Source: Syntrophales bacterium
GTDB taxonomy: Bacteria; Desulfobacterota; Syntrophia; Syntrophales; PHBD01
Reading direction: 5' to 3'
Assembly: GCA_963668175.1 (NCBI GenBank)
Contig: OY764159.1
Span: 448,001 to 512,000, forward strand
DNA: 64,000 bases
Positions 21,430 through 30,851 of the stretch are shown here, one piece after another (within the stretch, counting starts at the first letter, position 1; each line of letters starts with the position of its first letter). Under the pieces are notes generated by a model. The model ran no database searches. It was not told the DNA's origin and saw only the letters and a program-made list of their open reading frames with translations. Position numbers and translations under genes: made by a program.

Positions 21430-23196
21430 ATGAAGTGCCAAAGAATAAGAATGATTTTTGCTTTTTTATCCGCTGGTTGCATCCTCCTGGCCGGTATTGC
21501 CGAAGCATCGGACACACCGCCGGCAATCGACGTGATCATAGGCAAGCTTCAGGAAAGACTAAGGAGTACCGGCGATTCGGGTAAAGTAGTCTGTCGCAAA
21601 ACGCTGGTCTGCGAATCCCAGAATATCAGCCACTTTTACATGAAGCGGGGTTACGTCCCAGCCTGGAGCAAGGACGGTATTCCGCTCTCCGAAGTTGAAT
21701 CCATGCTGAAGATCATCCGCAATGCCCACCTGCAGGGTCTGCAGCCTCAGGATTATCACCTCGGCGCCATAGAAACGGCCCTGGCCGACCTGCGTCCGAC
21801 ATTGCAACAAAATGACGCCCTCGCTGCCGATCGCATCGTCGACCTCGATTTTCTTCTGACGGATGCTTTTCTGCTCTACGGTTCCCATATGCTGGAAGGA
21901 CGCGTCAATCCCAACAGGCTGCTTCCGTCGACATGGGTGGCCAACCAACGATCGGCCGATATGACGGAAGCCCTGGAAGAGGCCTTGAATACGCATCGGA
22001 TCGAAAGAACGCTGGCCGGCTTTGAACCCCAGTATGTGGGCTACGAAAGGCTGAAGCAGGCGCTCGCTCAATACCGGGCGGTCGCCGCGAAAGGCGGGTG
22101 GCCGACGATTCCCGGCGGCAATCAGGTCCGTCTGAAAAAGGGGGACCGCAACAGGCTGGTTGCCCTGTTGAGTTTGCGCTTGATGCTGTCGGGTGATCTC
22201 GATGTTATCAACGGCGGCGACGGCGGCCGCTTTGACCACACCCTGGAAGAAGCCGTGATTGCCTTTCAGCGGAGACACGGGCTTAAGGCCGACGGCGTGG
22301 TCCGCCAAGAAACCCTGAAGGCCCTCAATGTTCCTGTGGAAAAACGCATCCGCCAGATCGAACTGAACCTGGAGCGATGGCGCTGGTTCCCCCAGGACTT
22401 GGGAACGCGGTATATCCTCGTGAACATCCCGGATTATACCCTGGAAGTCGTAAACGAGAACCGGATTGTGATGGACATGAGGATCATCGTCGGTCAAAGG
22501 ACGATTCGAAACAAAGTGGACCCCCATACCCCCGTCTTTTCCGGCAGGATGACGCATCTGGAAATCAATCCCTATTGGAATGTCCCATACAGTATCGCGA
22601 CCAGGGAAATTCTTCCGGAACTCAAGAAAGACCCTCTGTATTTATCGAAAAAAAATATGTTCCTCTTCTCCGGCAAGGGAAAGGTCGATCCCACAACCGT
22701 GGACTGGACCAAGATTCATGAAAAGAATTTCAAATATCAAATCCGTCAGGACCCGGGTGCCTTTAATGCCTTGAGCAGGATAAAATTTCTCTTTCCAAAC
22801 CGGTTTGACGTTTATCTCCACGACACACCTACCCGGAATCTTTTCAAGAGATCGGAGAGGGATTTCAGCCACGGCTGTATGCGGATAGAGAAACCGGTCG
22901 ATCTGGCCGTGTACTTATTGAACGACCCCGCCGAGTGGTCCGAAAACAAGGTTTTGTCGACCATCAGAAAAGGCAGGAACCGCCCCGTTTATCTGCCGGA
23001 ACCGATCGACGTTCATGTCCAGTACTGGACGGCCTGGGTCGACGGCGAGGGGCAGGTGCAGTTCCGGGACGATGTCTACCGTTATGATCCGATGCTGGAA
23101 CTGGCCCTGAAAGAAAAGCTGTATCGGGTCGTACCGGGCGAACAGGTACAGAAGCCCGTCATGTCGACCACGCCATCCCTGACGGCGGTTTACTGA
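21430..23196 (+). CDS. L,D-transpeptidase (YcbB/LdtD-like, with peptidoglycan-binding domain)
   Basis: FQRRHGLKADG, NLERWRW, VNIP, NPYWNVP, YLHDTP, SHGCMR. Confidence 0.93.
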   Translation: MKCQRIRMIFAFLSAGCILLAGIAEASDTPPAIDVIIGKLQERLRSTGDSGKVVCRKTLVCESQNISHFYMKRGYVPAWSKDGIPLSEVESMLKIIRNAHLQGLQPQDYHLGAIETALADLRPTLQQNDALAADRIVDLDFLLTDAFLLYGSHMLEGRVNPNRLLPSTWVANQRSADMTEALEEALNTHRIERTLAGFEPQYVGYERLKQALAQYRAVAAKGGWPTIPGGNQVRLKKGDRNRLVALLSLRLMLSGDLDVINGGDGGRFDHTLEEAVIAFQRRHGLKADGVVRQETLKALNVPVEKRIRQIELNLERWRWFPQDLGTRYILVNIPDYTLEVVNENRIVMDMRIIVGQRTIRNKVDPHTPVFSGRMTHLEINPYWNVPYSIATREILPELKKDPLYLSKKNMFLFSGKGKVDPTTVDWTKIHEKNFKYQIRQDPGAFNALSRIKFLFPNRFDVYLHDTPTRNLFKRSERDFSHGCMRIEKPVDLAVYLLNDPAEWSENKVLSTIRKGRNRPVYLPEPIDVHVQYWTAWVDGEGQVQFRDDVYRYDPMLELALKEKLYRVVPGEQVQKPVMSTTPSLTAVY

Positions 23197-23310
23197 CGCG
23201 TGTATCCATGACGAACGGCATGCTGCTTTCAGATTCTTATTACGTCATATCGATATAGTATTCCCTATTTAGAAACGAACATATTACGACGGTATAAGAA
23301 ACAACATTAT

Positions 23311-23339
23311 TTGATCTTTGATCCGTTTGGAGATATAAT
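23311..23339 (+). promoter_or_regulatory. Candidate sigma70 promoter of pdxST
   Basis: TTGATC (23311-16), 17 nt spacer, TATAAT (23334-39). Confidence 0.65.
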
Positions 23340-23369
23340 AAAAAGATAGATCAGGAGGGTGAAACGAAG

Positions 23370-24251
23370 GTGGACCAGAAGCGTTACGAGTTGAATGTCC
23401 AGTTGGCGCAGATGTTGAAGGGCGGCGTCATCATGGACGTTACCAATGTAGAGCAGGCCAGGATCGCCGAGGAGGCAGGGGCCGTGGCCGTTATGGCCCT
23501 GGAGCGCGTCCCCGCGGATATCCGCAAGGACGGCGGGGTCGCCAGAATGTCCGATCCGGCCATGATCGCCGAGATCAAAAAGGCCGTATCCATTCCGGTC
23601 ATGGCCAAGGCCCGGATCGGTCATTTCGTCGAAGCGCAGATCCTCGAAGCGCTGAAAATCGATTATATCGACGAGAGCGAAGTCCTCACACCGGCCGACG
23701 AAGAGTGCCACATCGACAAGACGCAATTCGCCATCCCCTTCGTATGCGGGGCGAGGAACCTCGGCGAGGCCCTACGGCGCATCGCCGAAGGGGCGGCCAT
23801 GATCCGCACCAAGGGCGAGGCGGGAACGGGCAATGTCGTCGAGGCCGTGAGGCACATGCGGACCATGAACCGGGAGATCCGGCAGCTGATACACATGCCG
23901 AAGGAAGAGGTGACGGGATTTGCCAAGGCCAACGGCATTCCTTACGAGCTGGCACTGAAGGTCCGCGACCTGGAGAGGCTTCCGGTGGTCAACTTTGCTG
24001 CGGGCGGCATCGCCACGCCGGCCGATGCGGCGCTCATGATGCAGCTGGGCTGCGACGGCATCTTCGTCGGCTCGGGAATATTCAAGTCGGCCGATCCTTC
24101 CGTCCGCGCCCGTGCAATCGTGAAGGCGACGGCTTACTACAACGATCCGGCGAAAGTCCTGGAGGCATCCATGAACCTCGGGCAGGCAATGCCCGGTCTG
24201 GAAATCTCCACTATCCCGGAAGGACAGCTCCTCGCCGGCCGGGGATGGTAG
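23370..24251 (+). CDS. pdxS: Pyridoxal 5'-phosphate synthase lyase subunit
   Basis: [49 protein letters not shown]. Confidence 0.98.
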   Translation: MDQKRYELNVQLAQMLKGGVIMDVTNVEQARIAEEAGAVAVMALERVPADIRKDGGVARMSDPAMIAEIKKAVSIPVMAKARIGHFVEAQILEALKIDYIDESEVLTPADEECHIDKTQFAIPFVCGARNLGEALRRIAEGAAMIRTKGEAGTGNVVEAVRHMRTMNREIRQLIHMPKEEVTGFAKANGIPYELALKVRDLERLPVVNFAAGGIATPADAALMMQLGCDGIFVGSGIFKSADPSVRARAIVKATAYYNDPAKVLEASMNLGQAMPGLEISTIPEGQLLAGRGW

Positions 24252-24255
24252 GAAT

Positions 24256-24894
24256 ATGATCGGGGTCCTCGACCTCCAGGGTGGGGTATTTGAACATCTC
24301 GATCATCTGGCCCGTATCGGTGTTCCCAGTCGTTCCGTTAAAGAACCTTCCGATGTCAAAGGATTGTCCGGTCTGATCATGCCCGGCGGGGAAAGCACCT
24401 GCCTGGCCCGCCTGATGAGCATCTTCGGCGTTGCGGACGCCGTCGTCCGCGAGCACCAAGCCGGAATGAAGATCTGGGGCACCTGCGCCGGGGCCATCCT
24501 CCTTGCCAAAGAAATCGTCGGAGAAAGCCCCCACCTGGGGTTGATCGATATCGAAATCGAAAGAAACAGTTTCGGAAGCCAGTTGGAGAGCTTTTCCGGC
24601 TTGGCTTCGATTCCGCGCATTGCCGATTCGCCCTTGCCCCTGACCTTTATCCGTGCTCCCAAGATCAGACGGGCGGGACCCGGCGTCGACATCCTTCTTA
24701 AGATGGATGACTATATTGCGGCTGCGGAGAACCCGTCGGTCCTCGTAACCGTTTTCCATCCGGAACTCACAGCCAGTCTAGCTTTTCACCTCTATTTCGC
24801 CCGCAAATGCGGCCTCAAAGTGCCCGAAACCGCACCGTCCCTCGATCCCGCCTGGCAACCCACGAGCTGGACGCGGTACAGGCGAACGGCCTGA
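24256..24894 (+). CDS. pdxT: Pyridoxal 5'-phosphate synthase glutaminase subunit
   Basis: GVLDLQG, PGGEST, GTCAG, RNSFGSQ, FIRAP, FHPEL. Confidence 0.95.
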   Translation: MIGVLDLQGGVFEHLDHLARIGVPSRSVKEPSDVKGLSGLIMPGGESTCLARLMSIFGVADAVVREHQAGMKIWGTCAGAILLAKEIVGESPHLGLIDIEIERNSFGSQLESFSGLASIPRIADSPLPLTFIRAPKIRRAGPGVDILLKMDDYIAAAENPSVLVTVFHPELTASLAFHLYFARKCGLKVPETAPSLDPAWQPTSWTRYRRTA

Positions 24895-24950
24895 AAACGG
24901 CGACGGCACAATCGCCGCCGCCGACACGACCGTCACGCTGGCGGGATTCC

Positions 24951-25385
24951 CTATTTTATCCGATACCAGAACTGATTGCGCCCCAGAAGGGAAATGCCTA
25001 TAAAACCCCGCACCCGGAGTTTATTGCCGTTTTCCTGGAGTTCCATTTTACATTTATAAATCTTACCGTCTTTCGGGTCCAGTATCGTGCCCCCGGAATA
25101 CTCGCTGCCGTCTTTCTGGAGCCCCTTCATGATCACCAGTCCGATCAGGGGCTTGTTCAGGTCGGCCCCGGTACACTTATCGCAGAGCTTGCCCTTGTCC
25201 TCCGGCTGCAGCAATTCCAGGATGCGGCCGTAGAATTTTCCGCCTGTTTCGTAAATCTCGATGATCGACTTTTCCTTCTTGGTGACGTCATCCACGGATT
25301 TCCACTTGCCGACCGGCGACTCCTGGGCCACCGCCGCCGCCGTCCATAACAGGATCAACATGCCGAACAAAAAAACTTTCTTCAT
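24951..25385 (-). CDS. DUF2147-domain exported protein
   Basis: Signal peptide; GKWKSVDD, CDKC, GTILDPKDGKIYKC, LRVRGFIG..LLGRNQFW. Confidence 0.88.
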   Translation of the reverse strand: MKKVFLFGMLILLWTAAAVAQESPVGKWKSVDDVTKKEKSIIEIYETGGKFYGRILELLQPEDKGKLCDKCTGADLNKPLIGLVIMKGLQKDGSEYSGGTILDPKDGKIYKCKMELQENGNKLRVRGFIGISLLGRNQFWYRIK

Positions 25386-25592
25386 CTTCTCCCCCCTGCA
25401 TCAGTCCTACGGATTCATGAACGTCTCTCGCGCCCCTAAGGTTATTCGGGACACCAAAGACACAACGATGCAACGATACTCATAGCCGCTTGATAAGCAA
25501 AATATATCGATAAAACGGCCTCTCGGCAAGCAAAAACCGGCGATATGCAGCAATACGCCGTACAAGATCTTAAGTTTCCGGAAGTGCCTTTG

Positions 25593-26774
25593 TTAATTGA
25601 AAAGCCCCGTTTTCTCAAAATCGTCGATGTCCGCATCCGGATAGCCGAGATGCCGGAGGACTTCCCGTGTATGGGCCCCGGGAGGCGCGCCGATGGATTT
25701 GTACTGCATTTCCGTTTCGGAGAATTTGATCGGACTGGCGATCTGACGGACGGTCCCTACGCCGGGAACAGCGAGTTCGACCACCATCTGCCTGCCTTCG
25801 ACCAAGGGATCGGCGAGTGCTTCAGCCAGCGTGAGCACCGGCTCCACGCAGGCGTCCACCTTTTCGAATATCGCCGTCCATTCGTCCCTCGTTTTCGTCT
25901 TGAAAATTTGCCGGACTTCGGCCTTCACCTTGTCGATGTGGGGGGGCGACACGGTCCCGGCGATCAAATCGGGACGGCCGATGCCTTCGCAGAAGACCTT
26001 GAAGAAATGGGGCTCCAGGGAGCCGACGCTCATATATTTACCGTCCTTCGTTTCATAGTAATCGTAAAAAGAGCCGCCGTTTAGGAGCCATTCGCACTGG
26101 CCGGGGTCCCTTCCACCAACCAGGAACGAGGCGCCGACCATGGCATTGAAGGCGATGGCGCCGTCCGTCATGGAAATATCGATATTTTGGCCTTCCCCCG
26201 TACTGGCGCGGTGGTTGGCCGCGGCGAGTATGCCGATGACCGCGTGATTCGATCCGGAAGCCACATCCGCGATCTGCATCCCCATCAGCATGGGGCCCGA
26301 TTCCTTGGTCCCCGAATAGGCGATCATACCGGAACGGGCCAGATAGTTGATATCATGCCCCGCTCTGTCCCGGAAGGGGCCGGTCTGCCCGTAACCGGAG
26401 ATGGAACAGTAGATAAGCGACGGATTGATTTTCCTGAGGCTTTCGTAATCGAGCCCCAGTTTGGCCATGACCCCGGGACGGAACTGTTCGATGACAATGT
26501 CGTAGTCGGCCAGCAGTTGATGAACGATGCGGATTCCCCTTGGATCTTTAAGGTTCAGGGCCATGCAGCGCTTGTTCCTCCCCAGAAATGCCGATATCGC
26601 GGCAATCTTCGTCTTGGGGAGAAACGGGGGAATGAAAGCCGTTAAATCGGGACGCGATCCGGAAACGACGCGCAAGACATCGGCCCCCATATCCGCCAGG
26701 AGCATTGTAGCGTAAGGACCGGGCAAAAGAGTTGTGAAATCCAAAACCTTCAAATTCTTCAGCGGACCTGCCAT
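25593..26774 (-). CDS. CaiB/BaiF (family III CoA-transferase) protein, alpha-methylacyl-CoA racemase-like
   Basis: LLPGPYAT..LADMGADV, EQFRPGVM, SGYGQTGP, GHDINY, QIADVASG. Confidence 0.88.
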   Translation of the reverse strand: MAGPLKNLKVLDFTTLLPGPYATMLLADMGADVLRVVSGSRPDLTAFIPPFLPKTKIAAISAFLGRNKRCMALNLKDPRGIRIVHQLLADYDIVIEQFRPGVMAKLGLDYESLRKINPSLIYCSISGYGQTGPFRDRAGHDINYLARSGMIAYSGTKESGPMLMGMQIADVASGSNHAVIGILAAANHRASTGEGQNIDISMTDGAIAFNAMVGASFLVGGRDPGQCEWLLNGGSFYDYYETKDGKYMSVGSLEPHFFKVFCEGIGRPDLIAGTVSPPHIDKVKAEVRQIFKTKTRDEWTAIFEKVDACVEPVLTLAEALADPLVEGRQMVVELAVPGVGTVRQIASPIKFSETEMQYKSIGAPPGAHTREVLRHLGYPDADIDDFEKTGLFN

Positions 26775-26800
26775 TTTCCCCTCCTTTCGTTAAGAACAAG

Positions 26801-27943
26801 TCATAATCCCATGAATCTTGCGGCAACTCCTTTCATGATTTCGTTTGTGCCTGCGAATATGCGGGTTACGCGGATGTCCCGCCAGGCCCTGGCGATCGGA
26901 TACTCTTCGCAGTACCCGTAACCGCCGTGGAGCTGGACGCACCGGTCGGCCACCCGGAACGCCATCTCCGTTGTCCAGTATTTCGCCATGGAGACCTCCA
27001 CGACGATGTTCCTGCCTTCCATGTGATCCACAATCAGTTTGTCCAGAAACGTCCTCCCCAGCTTCACTTCCGTTGCCATCTCCACAAGTTCGTACTGCGT
27101 GTTCTGAAATTTGGAGAGGGGACGGCCGAAAGCGTGACGTTCCCGGCAGTAACGGATGGTCAACTCCAGCATGAATTCGGCGCTGGCGACGGCACCGATG
27201 GAACAAATGATCCGCTCCTGCTGCAGATTCTGCATAAGTTTCTTAAAGCCCGATCCTTTTTCGCCGAGACGGTTGATCGCAGGGATACGGCAATCGGAAA
27301 AAAATATCTCCGCCGTGTCCTGGCTGCGAAGACCGATTTTTTTCAACCGGCGTCCCTTGTCGAATCCGGGCGCGCCCGCTTCAACCAAGAAGAGGTCCAC
27401 CGCCTTATGAGGGTTTGCCTCGTCGGAGTTGCGGGCGGCCAGGAGCAGAAGCCCGCAGTTGATGCCGTTGCTGACGAAGGTCTTCTGTCCGTTGATGACG
27501 ATTTCGTCGCCCTCATCGCGGGCCGTCGTCTTGATGGCCGCCAGATCGCTGCCGGCATCGGGTTCGCTCATGGCGATGGCCGCAATCGTCTCGCCGGAGA
27601 TACAGCCGGGAAGGTACTTCTTCTTCTGCTCTTCCTTAGCGAAGGCAAGGATATATGGTACGACGACGTCGCTGTGGAGAGAAACGGCCAGTCCGTGCTG
27701 ATTGGTCTTCGCGATTTCCTCGGCGACAATCACCGAATAAAGAAAATCCGCCCCGAGCCCTCCATATTCTGCCGGAACCTGTGTACAGAGAAATCCCTGC
27801 TCCCCCATTTTCCGCCAGACGGACTTGGGGATAATGCCGGCCTCTTCCCATGCGTCGATAAACGGGACGACCTCTTTTTCAAAGAACTTCGCCAGGCTCG
27901 CGCGAAAGATTCTGTGTTCGTCCGAGTACTGAATGATGTCCAT
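26801..27943 (-). CDS. Acyl-CoA dehydrogenase (LCAD-type signature)
   Basis: AMSEPDAGSDL, NGQKTFVSNG, LQQERI, CVQLHGGYGY, RIFAGTNEIMK; ATG 27943 with AGGAGG RBS. Confidence 0.95.
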   Translation of the reverse strand: MDIIQYSDEHRIFRASLAKFFEKEVVPFIDAWEEAGIIPKSVWRKMGEQGFLCTQVPAEYGGLGADFLYSVIVAEEIAKTNQHGLAVSLHSDVVVPYILAFAKEEQKKKYLPGCISGETIAAIAMSEPDAGSDLAAIKTTARDEGDEIVINGQKTFVSNGINCGLLLLAARNSDEANPHKAVDLFLVEAGAPGFDKGRRLKKIGLRSQDTAEIFFSDCRIPAINRLGEKGSGFKKLMQNLQQERIICSIGAVASAEFMLELTIRYCRERHAFGRPLSKFQNTQYELVEMATEVKLGRTFLDKLIVDHMEGRNIVVEVSMAKYWTTEMAFRVADRCVQLHGGYGYCEEYPIARAWRDIRVTRIFAGTNEIMKGVAARFMGL

Positions 27944-28002
27944 GAGCACCTCCTGATACCTGCATAAAGATTCCTGCCTTCTCCACCGATCATGCTTCAA
28001 GG

Positions 28003-29220
28003 TCAAGAACTTTTCCGCCCATATTTCCCGATAATGGTCATGGCGCAGACATTCTGGTGGGGGAAGCCGCCGAGATTGTGCGTCAGGCCGTAACGGGGGC
28101 TTTCCAGCTGGCGCTCGCCGGCCCGGCCGAGCAGTTGCAGGTACATCTCATAAATCATCCTCAGACCGGAAGCGCCGATGGGGTGGCCGAAGCATTTCAA
28201 GCCGCCGTCGACCTGGGCGGGTATCGTACCGTCCCGGTCATAGAAGCCGTCCAGGGCATCGCGCCAGGCGCGGCCCGGTTCCGAGATATGGAGGTCTTCG
28301 TAAGTAACCAGTTCCGTTATGGAAAAGCAGTCATGAAGTTCCATCATGCCGATCTCCTCGCAGGGCCGGGTGATGCCTGCCTCCTGGTAAGCCCGGGTGC
28401 TGCACTTGCGCGTCGTGATGAAATGGTCGCCTTCCCATTCGTTAAATCCCGCTTCATAGCCGTTGCTCACGGCCAGCTCCACGGCCTTAACCGTGACGAT
28501 GTCCTTTTTTCCCATTGCCCTGGCGATCTCCGGCGTGGTCACAACGGCGCAGGCGCAGCCGTCGCTCACACCGCAGCAGTCAAAGAGTCCCAGGGGATGG
28601 GCAATGATCGGCGCCGAGAGGACCTGGTCCATCGTGACCGGTTTGCGCAGGTGCGCCTTGGGATTCAAGGCCCCGTTCGCGTGGCTTTTCACCGATACAT
28701 GGGCGATGGCGCGCTTCAAGTCCGCCTCCAATACGCCGTGCCTGCCGCCATAGGCGGTGGCGATCTGGGCAAAGAGACCCGGTGCCGTGAGATTGGGCAT
28801 CCATTGCCAGTAGAGCGATCCGAAACCGGAACCCGGATTCGGAAGTCCGCCGTATCCCGTATCCTTGAGTTTCTCGACACCGATGGCGAGACAAATATCG
28901 TAAGCACCGGATGCAACACCGTAAACGGCGCCGCGGAAGGCCTCCGTGCCGGTTGCACAGAAGTTTTCCACCCGGGTGATGGGGACGTTGGGCAGACGGA
29001 GGGCAACCCCGACGGGAGCTGCCGATTTGCCGATCCCGATCTCCTCCATGCACGTCCCGAACCATACCGCCTCAATCTGCCCGGGTTCGATGGCCGCATC
29101 CCGGATGCCTTCCACAAAGGCTTCCACCATGAGCCCTTCGATGCCCACATCCCACCGCTCCCCGAACCGGGTACACCCCATGCCGATAACGGCCACCCTG
29201 TCTCTGATGCCCGAGCCCAT
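28003..29220 (-). CDS. SCP2-type (SCPx-like) thiolase / acetyl-CoA acyltransferase
   Basis: VENFCATG (nucleophilic Cys), ELHDCF, GHPIGASG, HNLGG (no CxG); GGAGG RBS before ATG 29220. Confidence 0.92.
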   Translation of the reverse strand: MGSGIRDRVAVIGMGCTRFGERWDVGIEGLMVEAFVEGIRDAAIEPGQIEAVWFGTCMEEIGIGKSAAPVGVALRLPNVPITRVENFCATGTEAFRGAVYGVASGAYDICLAIGVEKLKDTGYGGLPNPGSGFGSLYWQWMPNLTAPGLFAQIATAYGGRHGVLEADLKRAIAHVSVKSHANGALNPKAHLRKPVTMDQVLSAPIIAHPLGLFDCCGVSDGCACAVVTTPEIARAMGKKDIVTVKAVELAVSNGYEAGFNEWEGDHFITTRKCSTRAYQEAGITRPCEEIGMMELHDCFSITELVTYEDLHISEPGRAWRDALDGFYDRDGTIPAQVDGGLKCFGHPIGASGLRMIYEMYLQLLGRAGERQLESPRYGLTHNLGGFPHQNVCAMTIIGKYGRKSS

Positions 29221-29264
29221 ACCGAACCTCCCGTTATTACCGTCAGACAACGATATCCCGCCCC

Positions 29265-30740
29265 TTATTCCGTATCGCCCCGTTGCTCGGCGGCGTCATG
29301 AGGAACGGCCTTCCAGAAATAGCCGGAGAAACCGCGCTCGTCGTCGCAGAGCCTTTTCCGGAATGCCATGCGCACCCGCATTCCGACCCGGATGTCGTCA
29401 AGTTCGCAGTCGGTGAAATCGGCCATGAAACGGCCGCCCCCTTCAAACTGGATCATGCCGTAAATGGCCGGCGGATCGACCGACACGGCGAGACGATCCC
29501 CCGTAAAGGTCATGACATGGGCCGGCACGTCGGCAAACGGATAATCCTCCTGCGTATCGACTTTGCCGCATGCCGGATTGACGCAGATATCCATCCTGGG
29601 GAACTGAGGCGTTCCGCAAGCCTTACATTTTCCGCCTACGAGGCCCGTCAGCATCTTCCTGTTCCGCCACAGGGCTGTCATGGCGGTCTGGTTGGGGGCT
29701 TCCGCCCGGATGCCCATCTCCGGCCGGATCAAATCACGAAACTTGAGAAATTTCATATAATTGTCGCTTGCTTTCCGGCCGACCAGGGCCCCCTGGACAC
29801 CGGAACGCTTCTTCAAATCGGCGACGGCTTCCGTCACCCTGAAGTAGAGGGCGTCGCATCCCTGGCCGAAACCGGCCAGCAGAATGGTGTCGCCGGGGCG
29901 GGACCGTTCCAGAGCAGCGACAAACATCAGCAAGGCGTGGGCCGCCCCTGTTTCGCCGCACACATCCAACATGTTATCGACAAGCTGTTCCGGCGTTGCA
30001 CCAAGCTTCTTGCCGATGGCCTTGTGTTCCGCCTTGAAAAGACAAGGGAAAACCAGCTTGCCGACGTCTTTCATACGAAGATTGTATTTGGCGAAGAGCC
30101 CGTTAACGGCCTCCGGGATGAATTTGGCATATCCTTCCTCGCGCAGCCATCGTTCCTCCCACATGTAATCGTACTTTCGCTGCGCGCCCCGGTAATGGTC
30201 CACAAAATCGTACGAGACGGAATAGGACCCCTGAAATTCCGCGATCACGCGATTGTCGCCGACAAGCAGTGCGGCGGCGCCGTCCCCGAACCACATCTCG
30301 TGAAAGCTGGCTGGTCTTGTCTCCCGCTTATCCGAAGCCGCAACCAGGACATTGCGCCGACTGCCGGCCATGACGGCGTCGAGCGCCGCCAGCAGTCCGG
30401 TCGTTCCCGCCCGCAGGGAGGAGGCAAAGTCGGCGGTGATGATGTTCTCTCTTAAATTCAATGCCGTGGCCAGAATGCCGGCATTCTGGCGATCCGCAAA
30501 CGGCAGGGTCGTTGAACAGAGGTACACGCCGTCGATCGCCTCCCTGTCCTGACCGGTCAGGCAATCCCTGGAAGCGGCGACCGCCATGGTCAGGCTGTCT
30601 TCGTCGTGGTTGCACATGGACCGCTCTCCCTGGGCCGCCATGATAAGGGCCGGGGCAAACCAACCCATCGCCCGGTAAATGGCCGTGCGGTCCAATCGCA
30701 GTCTGGGGACATAGGCGCCGAACGCGGTAATACCTGCCAT
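29265..30740 (-). CDS. HMG-CoA-synthase/KAS-III-like domain fused to DUF35 (Zn-ribbon + OB fold)
   Basis: N-terminal GAYVPR, DEDSLTMA, GDGAAA; C-terminal CKAC..FP..CVNPAC and OB fold ending GYFWKA; GGAGG RBS before ATG 30740. Confidence 0.88.
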   Translation of the reverse strand: MAGITAFGAYVPRLRLDRTAIYRAMGWFAPALIMAAQGERSMCNHDEDSLTMAVAASRDCLTGQDREAIDGVYLCSTTLPFADRQNAGILATALNLRENIITADFASSLRAGTTGLLAALDAVMAGSRRNVLVAASDKRETRPASFHEMWFGDGAAALLVGDNRVIAEFQGSYSVSYDFVDHYRGAQRKYDYMWEERWLREEGYAKFIPEAVNGLFAKYNLRMKDVGKLVFPCLFKAEHKAIGKKLGATPEQLVDNMLDVCGETGAAHALLMFVAALERSRPGDTILLAGFGQGCDALYFRVTEAVADLKKRSGVQGALVGRKASDNYMKFLKFRDLIRPEMGIRAEAPNQTAMTALWRNRKMLTGLVGGKCKACGTPQFPRMDICVNPACGKVDTQEDYPFADVPAHVMTFTGDRLAVSVDPPAIYGMIQFEGGGRFMADFTDCELDDIRVGMRVRMAFRKRLCDDERGFSGYFWKAVPHDAAEQRGDTE

Positions 30741-30851
30741 ACGGAAACCTCCTGTCTTATCGATTGCTGTTGTTGCTTGCACGTCAAGCCGGATCGACGC
30801 TCCGCCGCGGGAGCATCGCCGGTCGGGAATTCCCGGAATCTCTTCCGGAAT

